Positions 1 to 8,487 of a DNA stretch of 36,533 nt are shown piece after piece (position 1 is the first letter of the stretch; each line of letters starts with the position of its first letter). This stretch comes from an uncultured archaeon. GTDB taxonomy: Archaea; Asgardarchaeota; Thorarchaeia; Thorarchaeales; Thorarchaeaceae. The notes under the pieces are model-generated. The model did no database searches. It was not told the origin of the DNA and was given only the letters and a program-made list of their open reading frames with translations. Position numbers and translations under genes: made by a program. The DNA is taken from the NCBI GenBank assembly GCA_964631415.1, contig CAZVZC010000018.1:1-36533 (forward strand). The letters are read 5' to 3'.

Positions 1-231
1 ACTATCGAAAGGACGGTCAGGCATCAGCATACTAGCATATCCGTTTCAATCGTCTTGGCCAGTTCAGTAGTGGATGCTCTCTCGTGTGTTGGGCAATACT
101 TGCCAGAATGACGCCTCTTTTTCCACACTAGGTCACAATAGGCTTGTCTTGCTCACACGTCCTCGACAATAGGCTCATAATGGGAACACATCAACGAACC
201 ACTGAGTCAATCATACCGAGTTGATCGTAGC

Positions 232-1683
232 ATGTCTGGCGAGAGAATCGAGTATCGAGAAGAGAGTGACCTGCTCGGGCCCAAGAGGATACCGCGGACA
301 GCGTACTGGGGCGTTCAGACACTGAGGGCGCACGAGAACTTTGCGGTGTCTCTTGTTCCCCTCTCCAACTATCCCTTGCTCATCTCAGCCATGGCGATGG
401 TGAAGAAGGCATGTACTCTGGCCAACATGAAGCTGGGAGACCTGAAGAAAGAATACGGTGAGGCGATTGTCCAAGCTTGTGACGAAGTGATAGAGGGCAA
501 GCTCCGCGACGAATTCATCGTGGACATGCTTCAAGGGGGAGCGGGTACATCGACCAACATGAACGTGAACGAGGTCATAGCATCCCGGGCAAATGAGATT
601 CTCGGCCACCCCCGAAGCTCGTTGGCACCAATCAGTGCGAACGACCACGTCAACATGAGTCAGTCGACCAACGACGTCTATCCAACCGCCATCAAGATCG
701 CGGCGATATTCGGCATGAGTGACTTGGTGAGCAGTCTTGAGAGGCTTGTAATGGCGCTTGACGACAAGGCCGAGGAGTACAAGGGACTGCTGAAGCTCGG
801 CCGCACTGAGATGCAGGACGCGGTGCCAATCACTCTCGGGCAGGAGTTCTCCGCGTGGTCATCCTGTCTCAAGAGAGACATCCTCAGGATAGGTTTGGCA
901 ATCGATGTGCTAGACACTCACAACATCGGCGCGACAGCTATTGGAACGGGACTGAATGCTGACCCGGAGTACATCAGGCTCTCTGAGCAGTACCTGCGCG
1001 AAGTCACTGGTCAGACCGGCTTGAAGACAGCTGAGAATCTGGTCGATGAGACACAGAACGCTGACGAATTCGTTCACGCGTCTGGTCTGCTTCGAGTTCT
1101 TGCGACCAGTCTGTGCAAGATATGCGGGGATCTGTTGCTTCTCTCATCTGGTCCCATAGGGGGCTTCCATGAGATTACTCTCCCTGCAATGCAGCCTGGC
1201 TCGTCGATCATGCCCGGCAAGGTCAACCCGGTGATAGTTGAGATGACGATGCAATGTGCATTTCAGGTCTTGGGCCATGACTTCACAGTATCACATGCTG
1301 CTGAGGCAGGCATGCTTGAGCTCAATGCGTATGGTCCTCTTATTGCATACAATCTCTTCCAAGCGCTCAAGTTGCTGCGCAACGCGATTCCCATCTTCAC
1401 CGAGAAGTGCATCAAGGGCATCAAGCCCAACAAGTCTGGCCTCGACATAGTCTACGACAGTGTAGGGCTGGTCACGGCTCTTGTGCCTATCATTGGCTAT
1501 AGTGCGTCGAGCCGCATCGCGAAGAAGGCGCTGGAAACAGGCAGGTCCGTTCGCGATTTGGTGCTCGAAGAAGGTCTCATGACCGCAGAGGAGCTTGATG
1601 AGGCGCTGTCGCCTGAGAGAATGACCCGGCCGGGGATAGCTGGGCATAGACGTTCTGATCGGACAAAGGCAGGGAAGACTTGA
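232..1683 (+). CDS. aspA: Aspartate ammonia-lyase (fumarase/aspartase superfamily)
   Basis: Signature GSSIMPGKVNP. GGAGTSTNMNVNE and SQSTNDVYPTA match the aspartase type rather than FumC (GSGTQ / GQSSND). Also YWGVQTLRA and KLGRTEMQDA. Confidence 0.9.
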   Translation: MSGERIEYREESDLLGPKRIPRTAYWGVQTLRAHENFAVSLVPLSNYPLLISAMAMVKKACTLANMKLGDLKKEYGEAIVQACDEVIEGKLRDEFIVDMLQGGAGTSTNMNVNEVIASRANEILGHPRSSLAPISANDHVNMSQSTNDVYPTAIKIAAIFGMSDLVSSLERLVMALDDKAEEYKGLLKLGRTEMQDAVPITLGQEFSAWSSCLKRDILRIGLAIDVLDTHNIGATAIGTGLNADPEYIRLSEQYLREVTGQTGLKTAENLVDETQNADEFVHASGLLRVLATSLCKICGDLLLLSSGPIGGFHEITLPAMQPGSSIMPGKVNPVIVEMTMQCAFQVLGHDFTVSHAAEAGMLELNAYGPLIAYNLFQALKLLRNAIPIFTEKCIKGIKPNKSGLDIVYDSVGLVTALVPIIGYSASSRIAKKALETGRSVRDLVLEEGLMTAEELDEALSPERMTRPGIAGHRRSDRTKAGKT

Positions 1684-1825
1684 GCCCAAGCTGAGGGTTG
1701 GCAAAGAGGGAGCGGGCTGCTTGGAATTCGAGGCGCTTGCCGGATAGTGGGAAGGCTTTTGTGCCGGGTGCGCATCTCTGTTCGGAGTCCCAATGCCGCG
1801 GCCGCCCAAGGAGGGTTTCTCTGTT

Positions 1826-3775
1826 ATGCATCGCGGAGCTGCCGTGGTTTCAATCCTGCTTGCATTATTGGCACTAGGATTTCCAGGACCGCTAGCAGCG
1901 GGGGCTAGCAACCTACCGTCCACATTGGATGCTTTCAATGCGGCCAGTGAAGCGATCGCATACCCCTCAAAGGTCGAGGACGAATTGGGCCCACTCATAG
2001 TGGGTGATTATTTCAACACAATGCCTGTAGGGTTCAACAGCACTCTCTGGGACCTGTCCACTTCCGGCAACCCCAGCTTGGCTTGGGAGGACGCAGAGCG
2101 ATTTGTGCTGTACACGTACATGTGGCAGTACTCAATCCTGAAGACCAAGGTCATGACGGGTCCCGAAGTGATTGCAGACTTCAACATCACATTCTCTGGC
2201 GGCCTCTGCTATTTTGGCATTGGCTGGTCTGACAGTTTGTGGGAGCCGGGCAGCGAGTGGATAACCAATCTGCGCCTGTCTGATAATGGCGTTTTCATTG
2301 ACTACTGGGACAACGAGCTATACTTGGTCAGTTACTGCAATGGGGAGAGAGCAGTGGCGCACATCCCCTCGGTTGACGTGACCCGGTGGAACCACTTTCG
2401 ACTTTGCTGGTCTGAGTCACTTGTCCGCTTGGAAGTAGATGACGTAATCTACTCCTTTGTGTCATGCAACATACCTCCGGGTCCGCTTCCCTTCGTTGTC
2501 ACTACGTCAGGCCATCACTATCTGTGCCAAAGAGACCAGCTGCGTCTTGAGGATGTGCAGTTGTTCTCCCGAGTAAGGGAGCCGATGGCTGACGACCCCC
2601 AGATAGTAATGCTCTGGCCAGGCAACAAATCTACTGTGTACACCACTGATTTAGTTGACCTTCAGGTTGACGGCTCTGATGGTGCCCTTGTATGCTCATG
2701 GGACGATGATGCGAACTCTAGCATCACCTCGCCGTGGGACATTCCTGTTCCCAGTGTTCCAGGGATCCATGATTTGACACTCTCTTCAAGGACTGAAGGG
2801 GGTCTTTGGCGAACGAGAAGCCTTCGGATTGAAGTGGAAGAGCTGATAACGGGCCTCGAGATTCCAGTCACTGAAGCTAGCTTCATAATAGACGGATTGG
2901 TCGAAGGCGCCGAGAAGGGTTGGACAAGGGAGTTCAAGGCACTGTTCCGAAACGAGGCACGTGAGGAGGTTACGATATCGCTTTACGTGGGTTCGACTTC
3001 GGAAGCACTGTATGTCGGACTTGGGTCGCATCTGCCGGATAGGTGGAACACACGGATCGCACTTCTTGTTGATGGTGAGGGCGACGGGTTCTGGAAGACA
3101 TTGTTCGTGAGTCCTCCTCGGGATTTTGCAGTGTGTGTGGGAGCACCTGCTGCTGATCCCCGCTTTGAGAAGGAATCACTGACTACTCCGTCGGGAGTGG
3201 TCTTCTCTAGGTCTCTTTTGCCGGGACTGACATATGACTCAGATGTGAAAGACGGGGTAGTGAGTGCTGAGTTTCTGATTCCTCTTGCGGCAATCGGCGC
3301 TAACTCTTCTAGCGCGTTGGGGCTTGGCATGAAGCTGTCTGAGGGCGGCCAAGACTGGTACTTCCCGTCCTGGTATTCATCAACAAACCCGCCTCATCTG
3401 CCACTTGTTCTCCTAGGTCCACCTGAGGCAAAAGTACCCGTTCTATTGTGGGCCGTGACCGCACTAGGAATAGCAGGTCTTTCGGTTCTGGGTGTCTACA
3501 CATGGATGCGGAGCCGCTCTTCGCCAAGTGGCCGCGGGGGTGTTCCACCTATCAATGAGAGGCAGGAGCGCGTTCTAGTCCTCCTTGAGTCGCATCCTAT
3601 CCTGTCAATCGAACGCTTGGGAGAACTGGCCGGACTTGACCTGCCGTCGACGAGGCACACATTGCAGGAGCTATACAAGCTCGGTTTGGGGAATGGGCAT
3701 ATCGAGGTCTCAGGTGATAAGGTGATTCGCCGACTGCTGCCAGCTGGAAAAACAGAAAAGGAGGACAGCCTCTGA
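1826..3775 (+). CDS. Single-pass membrane protein: signal peptide, ConA/LamG(GH16-like) domain, Ig-like domain, CBM9/DOMON-like domain, TM helix, cytoplasmic PCI-like winged helix
   Basis: The ORF is open from 1793, but ATG 1826 directly precedes the hydrophobic signal (AAVVSILLALLALGF). Motifs: WNHFRLCWSESLVRLEVDD..IPPGPL (LamG/GH16-like, no ExDxE), IIDG...LYVG...LLVDG...AEFLIPL (CBM9-like), TM LLWAVTALGIAGLSVLGVYTW, tail LSIERLGELAGL...LQELYKLG. Confidence 0.8.
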   Translation: MHRGAAVVSILLALLALGFPGPLAAGASNLPSTLDAFNAASEAIAYPSKVEDELGPLIVGDYFNTMPVGFNSTLWDLSTSGNPSLAWEDAERFVLYTYMWQYSILKTKVMTGPEVIADFNITFSGGLCYFGIGWSDSLWEPGSEWITNLRLSDNGVFIDYWDNELYLVSYCNGERAVAHIPSVDVTRWNHFRLCWSESLVRLEVDDVIYSFVSCNIPPGPLPFVVTTSGHHYLCQRDQLRLEDVQLFSRVREPMADDPQIVMLWPGNKSTVYTTDLVDLQVDGSDGALVCSWDDDANSSITSPWDIPVPSVPGIHDLTLSSRTEGGLWRTRSLRIEVEELITGLEIPVTEASFIIDGLVEGAEKGWTREFKALFRNEAREEVTISLYVGSTSEALYVGLGSHLPDRWNTRIALLVDGEGDGFWKTLFVSPPRDFAVCVGAPAADPRFEKESLTTPSGVVFSRSLLPGLTYDSDVKDGVVSAEFLIPLAAIGANSSSALGLGMKLSEGGQDWYFPSWYSSTNPPHLPLVLLGPPEAKVPVLLWAVTALGIAGLSVLGVYTWMRSRSSPSGRGGVPPINERQERVLVLLESHPILSIERLGELAGLDLPSTRHTLQELYKLGLGNGHIEVSGDKVIRRLLPAGKTEKEDSL

Positions 3776-3798
3776 CAGTCTTCTAACGAGGGGATACA

Positions 3799-5706
3799 AT
3801 GGGTAATCTGAAGATCACATTTGCGCTGGTGATTATGTTGTCACTTGGACAATGTGCGCCGTGCCTTCCTTCGGATGGCTCTGGCAATACAACTGATGAC
3901 TGGATCGGGTCCCTTGACGCAAGGTCCGATAAGACGCGGTGCGCCAGCACATTTGCCGATGAACCGCCCGTGCTCTACGACGAATTCAACTCGTCGTTCA
4001 CAGGCTATGACCAGTCGCTGTGGAATCTGGAAACATATGGGAATGGCAGTGTGAGCTGGGTTGGAGGGGAGCAGTTCAACATGTCAGCCGAGCGTCACTC
4101 GTACAGAGCCCTCTCCTCAAAGATGGTGTTCTCGGTTGGACATGTGGTCAACCTCAGGCTTCGAAGTCTTGAGAAGGAGGCAGTGGTCTTCATAGGCTGG
4201 ACAAACAAGACGGCAGAGGGTTGGAACTACAATTTCTGGGGCGATTCTGTCTACTTCCAGATAGCACTGTCCACAGGTCTGCTTGATGTTGTGAACGGCA
4301 GTGCTTCCCCCCAGAGAGTCTTGCTCGCCGGTTTGAACCCCTCCGAGTATCACGATTACAGAATCGTCTGGAACAACACAGCAGTTGTGGCGTACATAGA
4401 CGGTACAAGGTTGGGTGCAATTGCCACCCCGATACCTGATACCTCCCTGCACTTCAAGATCGCAATAACGGAATTCAGGAATATGACAACAGAGGGCTGG
4501 CTATGTTTAGACAGGATCAGCATTTCCCCTCACACATCCATGTCCACTGAGAACCCGCCCTTCATAGCTCTCAACAGTCCCGGGAATGGAACGACTAATC
4601 TGGGTGGGGATTCGATTGACGCAGTTGTAGTGGGATCGGACGGGTTTATGCAGTACCGCTGGGACGATGACCCGGCTGTAGAGGTTCCTGTTTCATTTGA
4701 CATGAAGCTCCCGCTTTCAGCAGGTACACATATGCTCAATCTGAGTTGTCGGGACGGCTATGGATTGGGCATTACTGCCTCAGCCCGCTTCGTCTTTCTG
4801 ACGCAGGGAGCCAAACCCAGACTATACGTACCGATGTGCAAGACTCCACCGGCGATTGATGGTCTCATACGCGAATGGAGCTCGGAAACCCGTTTCAGCC
4901 TGCCGATGACTAGGTACACAGGGGAGCAACTTGAGGTCAATGCATACATGACGTATGACCAGGAGTTTTTGTATCTGGGAATCGACTCACCTGTCGCATT
5001 AGGACATGACTCACGCGCCACGCTGATTATTGATGGCGTGTGTGATGGTCACTACCACGGATCAAACCGGACGCCAATGCTGTCCCTGTACTATCACAAG
5101 GGTTCACCAAAGGCATGGGAAGGCTACACTGAACTCCAGTTTCTCAACGAATCCGAAGCTGCAGGAGTCAGATCGTTCAGGATTTCGCCGTTTCCCAGCG
5201 GCGCAGTATCTGCATCCAATGAGGTGGGCTCTCACGTACAATATGAATTCAGATTGCCGCTGGACGAGCTGCTGGCTGGCCCAGGGTCCACTCTGGGAGT
5301 GGCCTTCATTCTTCTGCCTTCGGGAATGGGCGTGGACACCTGGTTCTTTCCTATGGTGAATCCATGGCAGAATGCTTCGAGGCTGGCACTGGCAGACCTC
5401 CTAATCCCGCCTGTTGACCCGTTGTTTCTGATAGCGGCCATCGTGGGTTGTGGTGCTGTTGCTGCCGTTGCGTATGTAGGATGGTTGCGATGGAAGCTCA
5501 GCAAGCTGCCCGCCATCCTTCAGACTGAGCAAGCAGAGCGGATTCGGGTGTTGGCTCAGTCGCACGACTCCATTACCATTGAGCGCCTATCCCAACTCGC
5601 TGGTGTGTCTCCAGAGGAAACGACTGCTGTCGTGCGAGCCTTAGTCGAGCATGGACGGCTGAAAGCAACTCTCGATGCAAGTGCAGGTGTCATAAGACGG
5701 AGGTAG
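3799..5706 (+). CDS. Paralog of the preceding gene: secreted lectin-like ectodomain, TM helix, cytoplasmic PCI-like winged helix
   Basis: Same domain order: YHDYRIVWNNTAVVAYIDG; PPAIDG...YMTYDQEFLYLGID...YEFRLPLDEL (CBM9/DOMON-like); TM FLIAAIVGCGAVAAVAYVGWL; tail ITIERLSQLAGV...LVEHGRLKATLD...GVI. About 13 NxS/T sequons, all N-terminal of the TM. Confidence 0.85.
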   Translation: MGNLKITFALVIMLSLGQCAPCLPSDGSGNTTDDWIGSLDARSDKTRCASTFADEPPVLYDEFNSSFTGYDQSLWNLETYGNGSVSWVGGEQFNMSAERHSYRALSSKMVFSVGHVVNLRLRSLEKEAVVFIGWTNKTAEGWNYNFWGDSVYFQIALSTGLLDVVNGSASPQRVLLAGLNPSEYHDYRIVWNNTAVVAYIDGTRLGAIATPIPDTSLHFKIAITEFRNMTTEGWLCLDRISISPHTSMSTENPPFIALNSPGNGTTNLGGDSIDAVVVGSDGFMQYRWDDDPAVEVPVSFDMKLPLSAGTHMLNLSCRDGYGLGITASARFVFLTQGAKPRLYVPMCKTPPAIDGLIREWSSETRFSLPMTRYTGEQLEVNAYMTYDQEFLYLGIDSPVALGHDSRATLIIDGVCDGHYHGSNRTPMLSLYYHKGSPKAWEGYTELQFLNESEAAGVRSFRISPFPSGAVSASNEVGSHVQYEFRLPLDELLAGPGSTLGVAFILLPSGMGVDTWFFPMVNPWQNASRLALADLLIPPVDPLFLIAAIVGCGAVAAVAYVGWLRWKLSKLPAILQTEQAERIRVLAQSHDSITIERLSQLAGVSPEETTAVVRALVEHGRLKATLDASAGVIRRR

Positions 5707-7231
5707 GCCTACCAGCGACATGGGTCGGCGAGAACCTACAGTGTGTGCACACAACTCTCTCGGGTTGGCGCACGAACTGGTCAAACAGCTCCGGAAGAGG
5801 CATCATTGGAACCACCCGAAGCGGCGGTCTTCCCGGCCTTCTTGCCTTCTTCGTCGCTGAGAGCTTTACCGGTTTCGGAGTGAAGTCTTCAGCAGAATTG
5901 ACAATCTGTGATAGATGATCTCTCCAAGTCCTTGCGCTTCCCATTCCTGCAGGATCCGTATTGCCACCCACAACCATATCCAAGTACCCTGAGAGCCCTC
6001 TTGGGGGTTCGAAGCATATGACGAGACCTGACAGCAGGCTAGCTCTGGCACAGTGATCCGACAATCGCTCATTTGCACATCCATGAATGGAGCGCTCAAG
6101 GCAGAACTCTGTGAAGATCCTCCTTGCTGTGTCATGGCCGGTCGATGGCGCAAGGTGAAGAGACCGACCCAGGTCTTCAAAGCCTGAGAACCGCCTATTT
6201 GAACCCAGACGCGTTTCCACTTGTTGCCTTATTGCGTCGCGCCAGGTGAACACGCGTGTTCGTGACTTCTCGAGGTCTTTCCAGTAAGCATCTGATATAA
6301 ACACCTTCAGAAAGGTCTCATCGAGTGTTCCGTGCCAGGAGGTAGTGACATCTGCAATATCGATTGGGATTGTCAATCGTTGCATACCCCTTGGCATACC
6401 GGCTTCTAGTTCCTCTGACAGGACTTCGTGGAAGTCAACGGTGAGATACAGTGGGTCCGGTGTGTCAAGTGCCGCGGTCGTGGATACCGTGATGAGTAGG
6501 CAGGGCGGACTCGACGTGTCTGTCAGCAGCTGCCATGAAACATCGATATCATCCATTTCTGGGCTTGTTCTGCCGAGTTCTGTCTTGGCGATGGCTCCGA
6601 GAATGAAATCAGCGATGTGCGACATATCGCTCCACGCGTCCAGCGACAGCCTGTCCCTGTTCTTCATTCTCACGGCATCAAGCACGATGAGTACCCTCTT
6701 GTCGAGCAATGACCCTGAGAGCCACGATGTCTTGGACCAAGAGGTCTGCCTGTCTAAAACAACAGCCGTTCTCAATGCACTCATCACTTCGGCCAACGCA
6801 TCTTCGTAGCTGCAGCCAATCGGAGAGAGATTGATGACAGTGGTATGTTCGAGCTCGGTCTGGGCCTGCTGGAATTGAACCTGACTGAGGGGTTTCCCCC
6901 GCAGGCAATCAGCCAGATTCAGGACAAGATCAACCCCACGTCTTAATCCTACGGCGTGAACCGAAACTGCCAGCATGGCGGATTCTGCTCTAAGAATCCG
7001 GAAGAGGGCTTCAGAGCCGGTGTCCGTGACCAACAGCGCCTCTTCTTGGTCGCTTGCGGGATTCTCTCCTGCAGTGGTCAGCGGCACTATAGTGAAGGTC
7101 TTCCTATCATACGAGAGCTCGTAGGCTTTCTCACCTGTATTCGCTGCCGCCTTACGTGGCGTAATCCTCAGGATGGGCTTCGAGTCTAGTAGCCCAATAA
7201 AGACCGTGAAGGGCAAGTCTGATGTGGACAT
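5690..7231 (-). CDS. Hypothetical protein, possibly a degenerate STAND/NB-ARC-like P-loop NTPase
   Basis: Long 513-aa ORF that fills the gap and overlaps the convergent gene by 17 nt. Walker-B-like LLDKRVLIVLDAV is present; there is no intact GxxxxGK[ST]. Confidence 0.6.
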   Translation of the reverse strand: MSTSDLPFTVFIGLLDSKPILRITPRKAAANTGEKAYELSYDRKTFTIVPLTTAGENPASDQEEALLVTDTGSEALFRILRAESAMLAVSVHAVGLRRGVDLVLNLADCLRGKPLSQVQFQQAQTELEHTTVINLSPIGCSYEDALAEVMSALRTAVVLDRQTSWSKTSWLSGSLLDKRVLIVLDAVRMKNRDRLSLDAWSDMSHIADFILGAIAKTELGRTSPEMDDIDVSWQLLTDTSSPPCLLITVSTTAALDTPDPLYLTVDFHEVLSEELEAGMPRGMQRLTIPIDIADVTTSWHGTLDETFLKVFISDAYWKDLEKSRTRVFTWRDAIRQQVETRLGSNRRFSGFEDLGRSLHLAPSTGHDTARRIFTEFCLERSIHGCANERLSDHCARASLLSGLVICFEPPRGLSGYLDMVVGGNTDPAGMGSARTWRDHLSQIVNSAEDFTPKPVKLSATKKARRPGRPPLRVVPMMPLPELFDQFVRQPERVVCTHCRFSPTHVAGRPTSVL

Positions 7232-7339
7232 AGGAATCCCTTCTTGCCCCGAGTGACGAGCTCAGCGCGAACCTATTGGTCTACTGCTTATCCCATATCT
7301 AAAGGCTTCCCCATGGGACACCCACAACACGCATCAGGC

Positions 7340-7361
7340 TGTCCGGTGGTTGTTCCGGACA
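7340..7361. promoter_or_regulatory. Palindromic operator candidate TGTCCGG-N8-CCGGACA in a divergent intergenic region
   Basis: Perfect 7-bp inverted repeat. A second copy with the same spacing lies at 8081-8100. Confidence 0.45.
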
Positions 7362-7568
7362 AGCTCCGGTTTTTGTCATTGGGCCCTCGGCCAACCGCGA
7401 AAAATGCTTATGACTAACTGAACGAACACATAGGGTTGTGCAAAGGAGTCCGCGACAAGTTTGATGCTGGCCAGTCAGGTCTTCTTCTGCACGGGGGTAG
7501 TGTGAACGACAGAGCCTGACTTCTCATTTGGGGAGAAGGATGAGCGCGTTCTCTCAGTCAGTGATCTT

Positions 7569-7949
7569 GTGAACCAGGCTCTGTCCCCTACCGAGATTGC
7601 CATTCTGTCAGCGGCGTCAGAACTAAGGAGTTCCAAGGGGCGGCCGCCAACAGCGTCTGAGATCAGGTCTGCGCTCTCAAGACGTCTGGGTCTGAAGAAA
7701 ACGCAGTTGTACGACTTACTGCGGAGGCTCACTCAGTTTGGCTTCATTACAGTCAAGACTCTACCACGACCTAGAAGGTATATCGTCAATCAGGTCACTC
7801 TGATGTCTGGGATCACAAACTGGATTGAAGCCCAGAAAAGGTCAGTTCTCGGGATGAATGAAGAGATTGACGTTCTTGGGCGGGCTCTGCAGAAACCGAA
7901 GACGAGGATACGTGACTGGTTTCCAGTGGAAGGTTCAGCCCGGGAGTAA
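7569..7949 (+). CDS. Winged-helix transcriptional regulator (TrmB/LexA-N-like) with C-terminal coiled helix
   Basis: GRPPTASEI...LGLKKTQLYDLLRRLTQFGFI...RPRRY is a typical wHTH with wing. GTG start. Confidence 0.75.
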   Translation: MNQALSPTEIAILSAASELRSSKGRPPTASEIRSALSRRLGLKKTQLYDLLRRLTQFGFITVKTLPRPRRYIVNQVTLMSGITNWIEAQKRSVLGMNEEIDVLGRALQKPKTRIRDWFPVEGSARE

Positions 7950-8080
7950 GAAGCGAACACATCGAAACGAGAAAGAACGCAGAACGAGCCGGTGGTAAGG
8001 AAGAAACCTCTATTCAAGAGTGCACACTGCTTCACTTGTCAACCACATGGACGAAGCGCTCTAGCTAAAAGGTGTAGGAT

Positions 8081-8100
8081 TGTCCGGTTCAAGAGCCGGA
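8081..8100. promoter_or_regulatory. Second copy of the TGTCCGG-N8-CCGGA palindrome, upstream of the 8159 ORF
   Basis: Sequence tgtccgg-ttcaagag-ccgga: same left arm and spacer length as 7340-7361. Confidence 0.4.
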
Positions 8101-8158
8101 ACTCAGTCTAAACGACGGCTAGATTCGAAAGAAAACAGCAAAAACCAGCTGAGCGTCA

Positions 8159-8461
8159 ATGGACCGTTCGATGCTTTCACCTTTGGAATTGCTTACTATC
8201 ATGGCCGCGGTTTCGCCGGTAGCCGCATGCCTATCGTTGCCGGGAATGAGGCGGAAACGACTTCCGTGGTTCTTGGAAACGAAAGAAGCTGAACGCGTCC
8301 TAGCAGTGGTTTCATCATATGCAATCATTACAATCGATCGGCTCTCTGAGCTCACGAGCCTAGCCGACTCGTCAACAGTCATGATCGTTGAGGCCCTGAT
8401 TGAACATGGACGACTCAAGGCGACATTCGATCGGGACGCAGGACTGATCCGTAGTGTGTAG
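8159..8461 (+). CDS. Small PCI-like winged-helix protein with a weak N-terminal hydrophobic anchor; minimal paralog or remnant of the 3799-5706 C-terminus
   Basis: AERVLAVVSSYAIITIDRLSEL...LIEHGRLKATFDRDAGLIR aligns without gaps to AERIRVLAQSHDSITIERLSQL...LVEHGRLKATLDASAGVIR. Confidence 0.65.
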   Translation: MDRSMLSPLELLTIMAAVSPVAACLSLPGMRRKRLPWFLETKEAERVLAVVSSYAIITIDRLSELTSLADSSTVMIVEALIEHGRLKATFDRDAGLIRSV

Positions 8462-8487
8462 GCTAATCTGAGGTTCAAGCAGCGTTG

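Noticed and set aside
1291-1998. 235-aa minus-strand ORF, plus many other 60-150-aa ORFs overlapping large genes
   Set aside because: They are antisense or out-of-frame shadows of well-supported CDSs and have no motifs.
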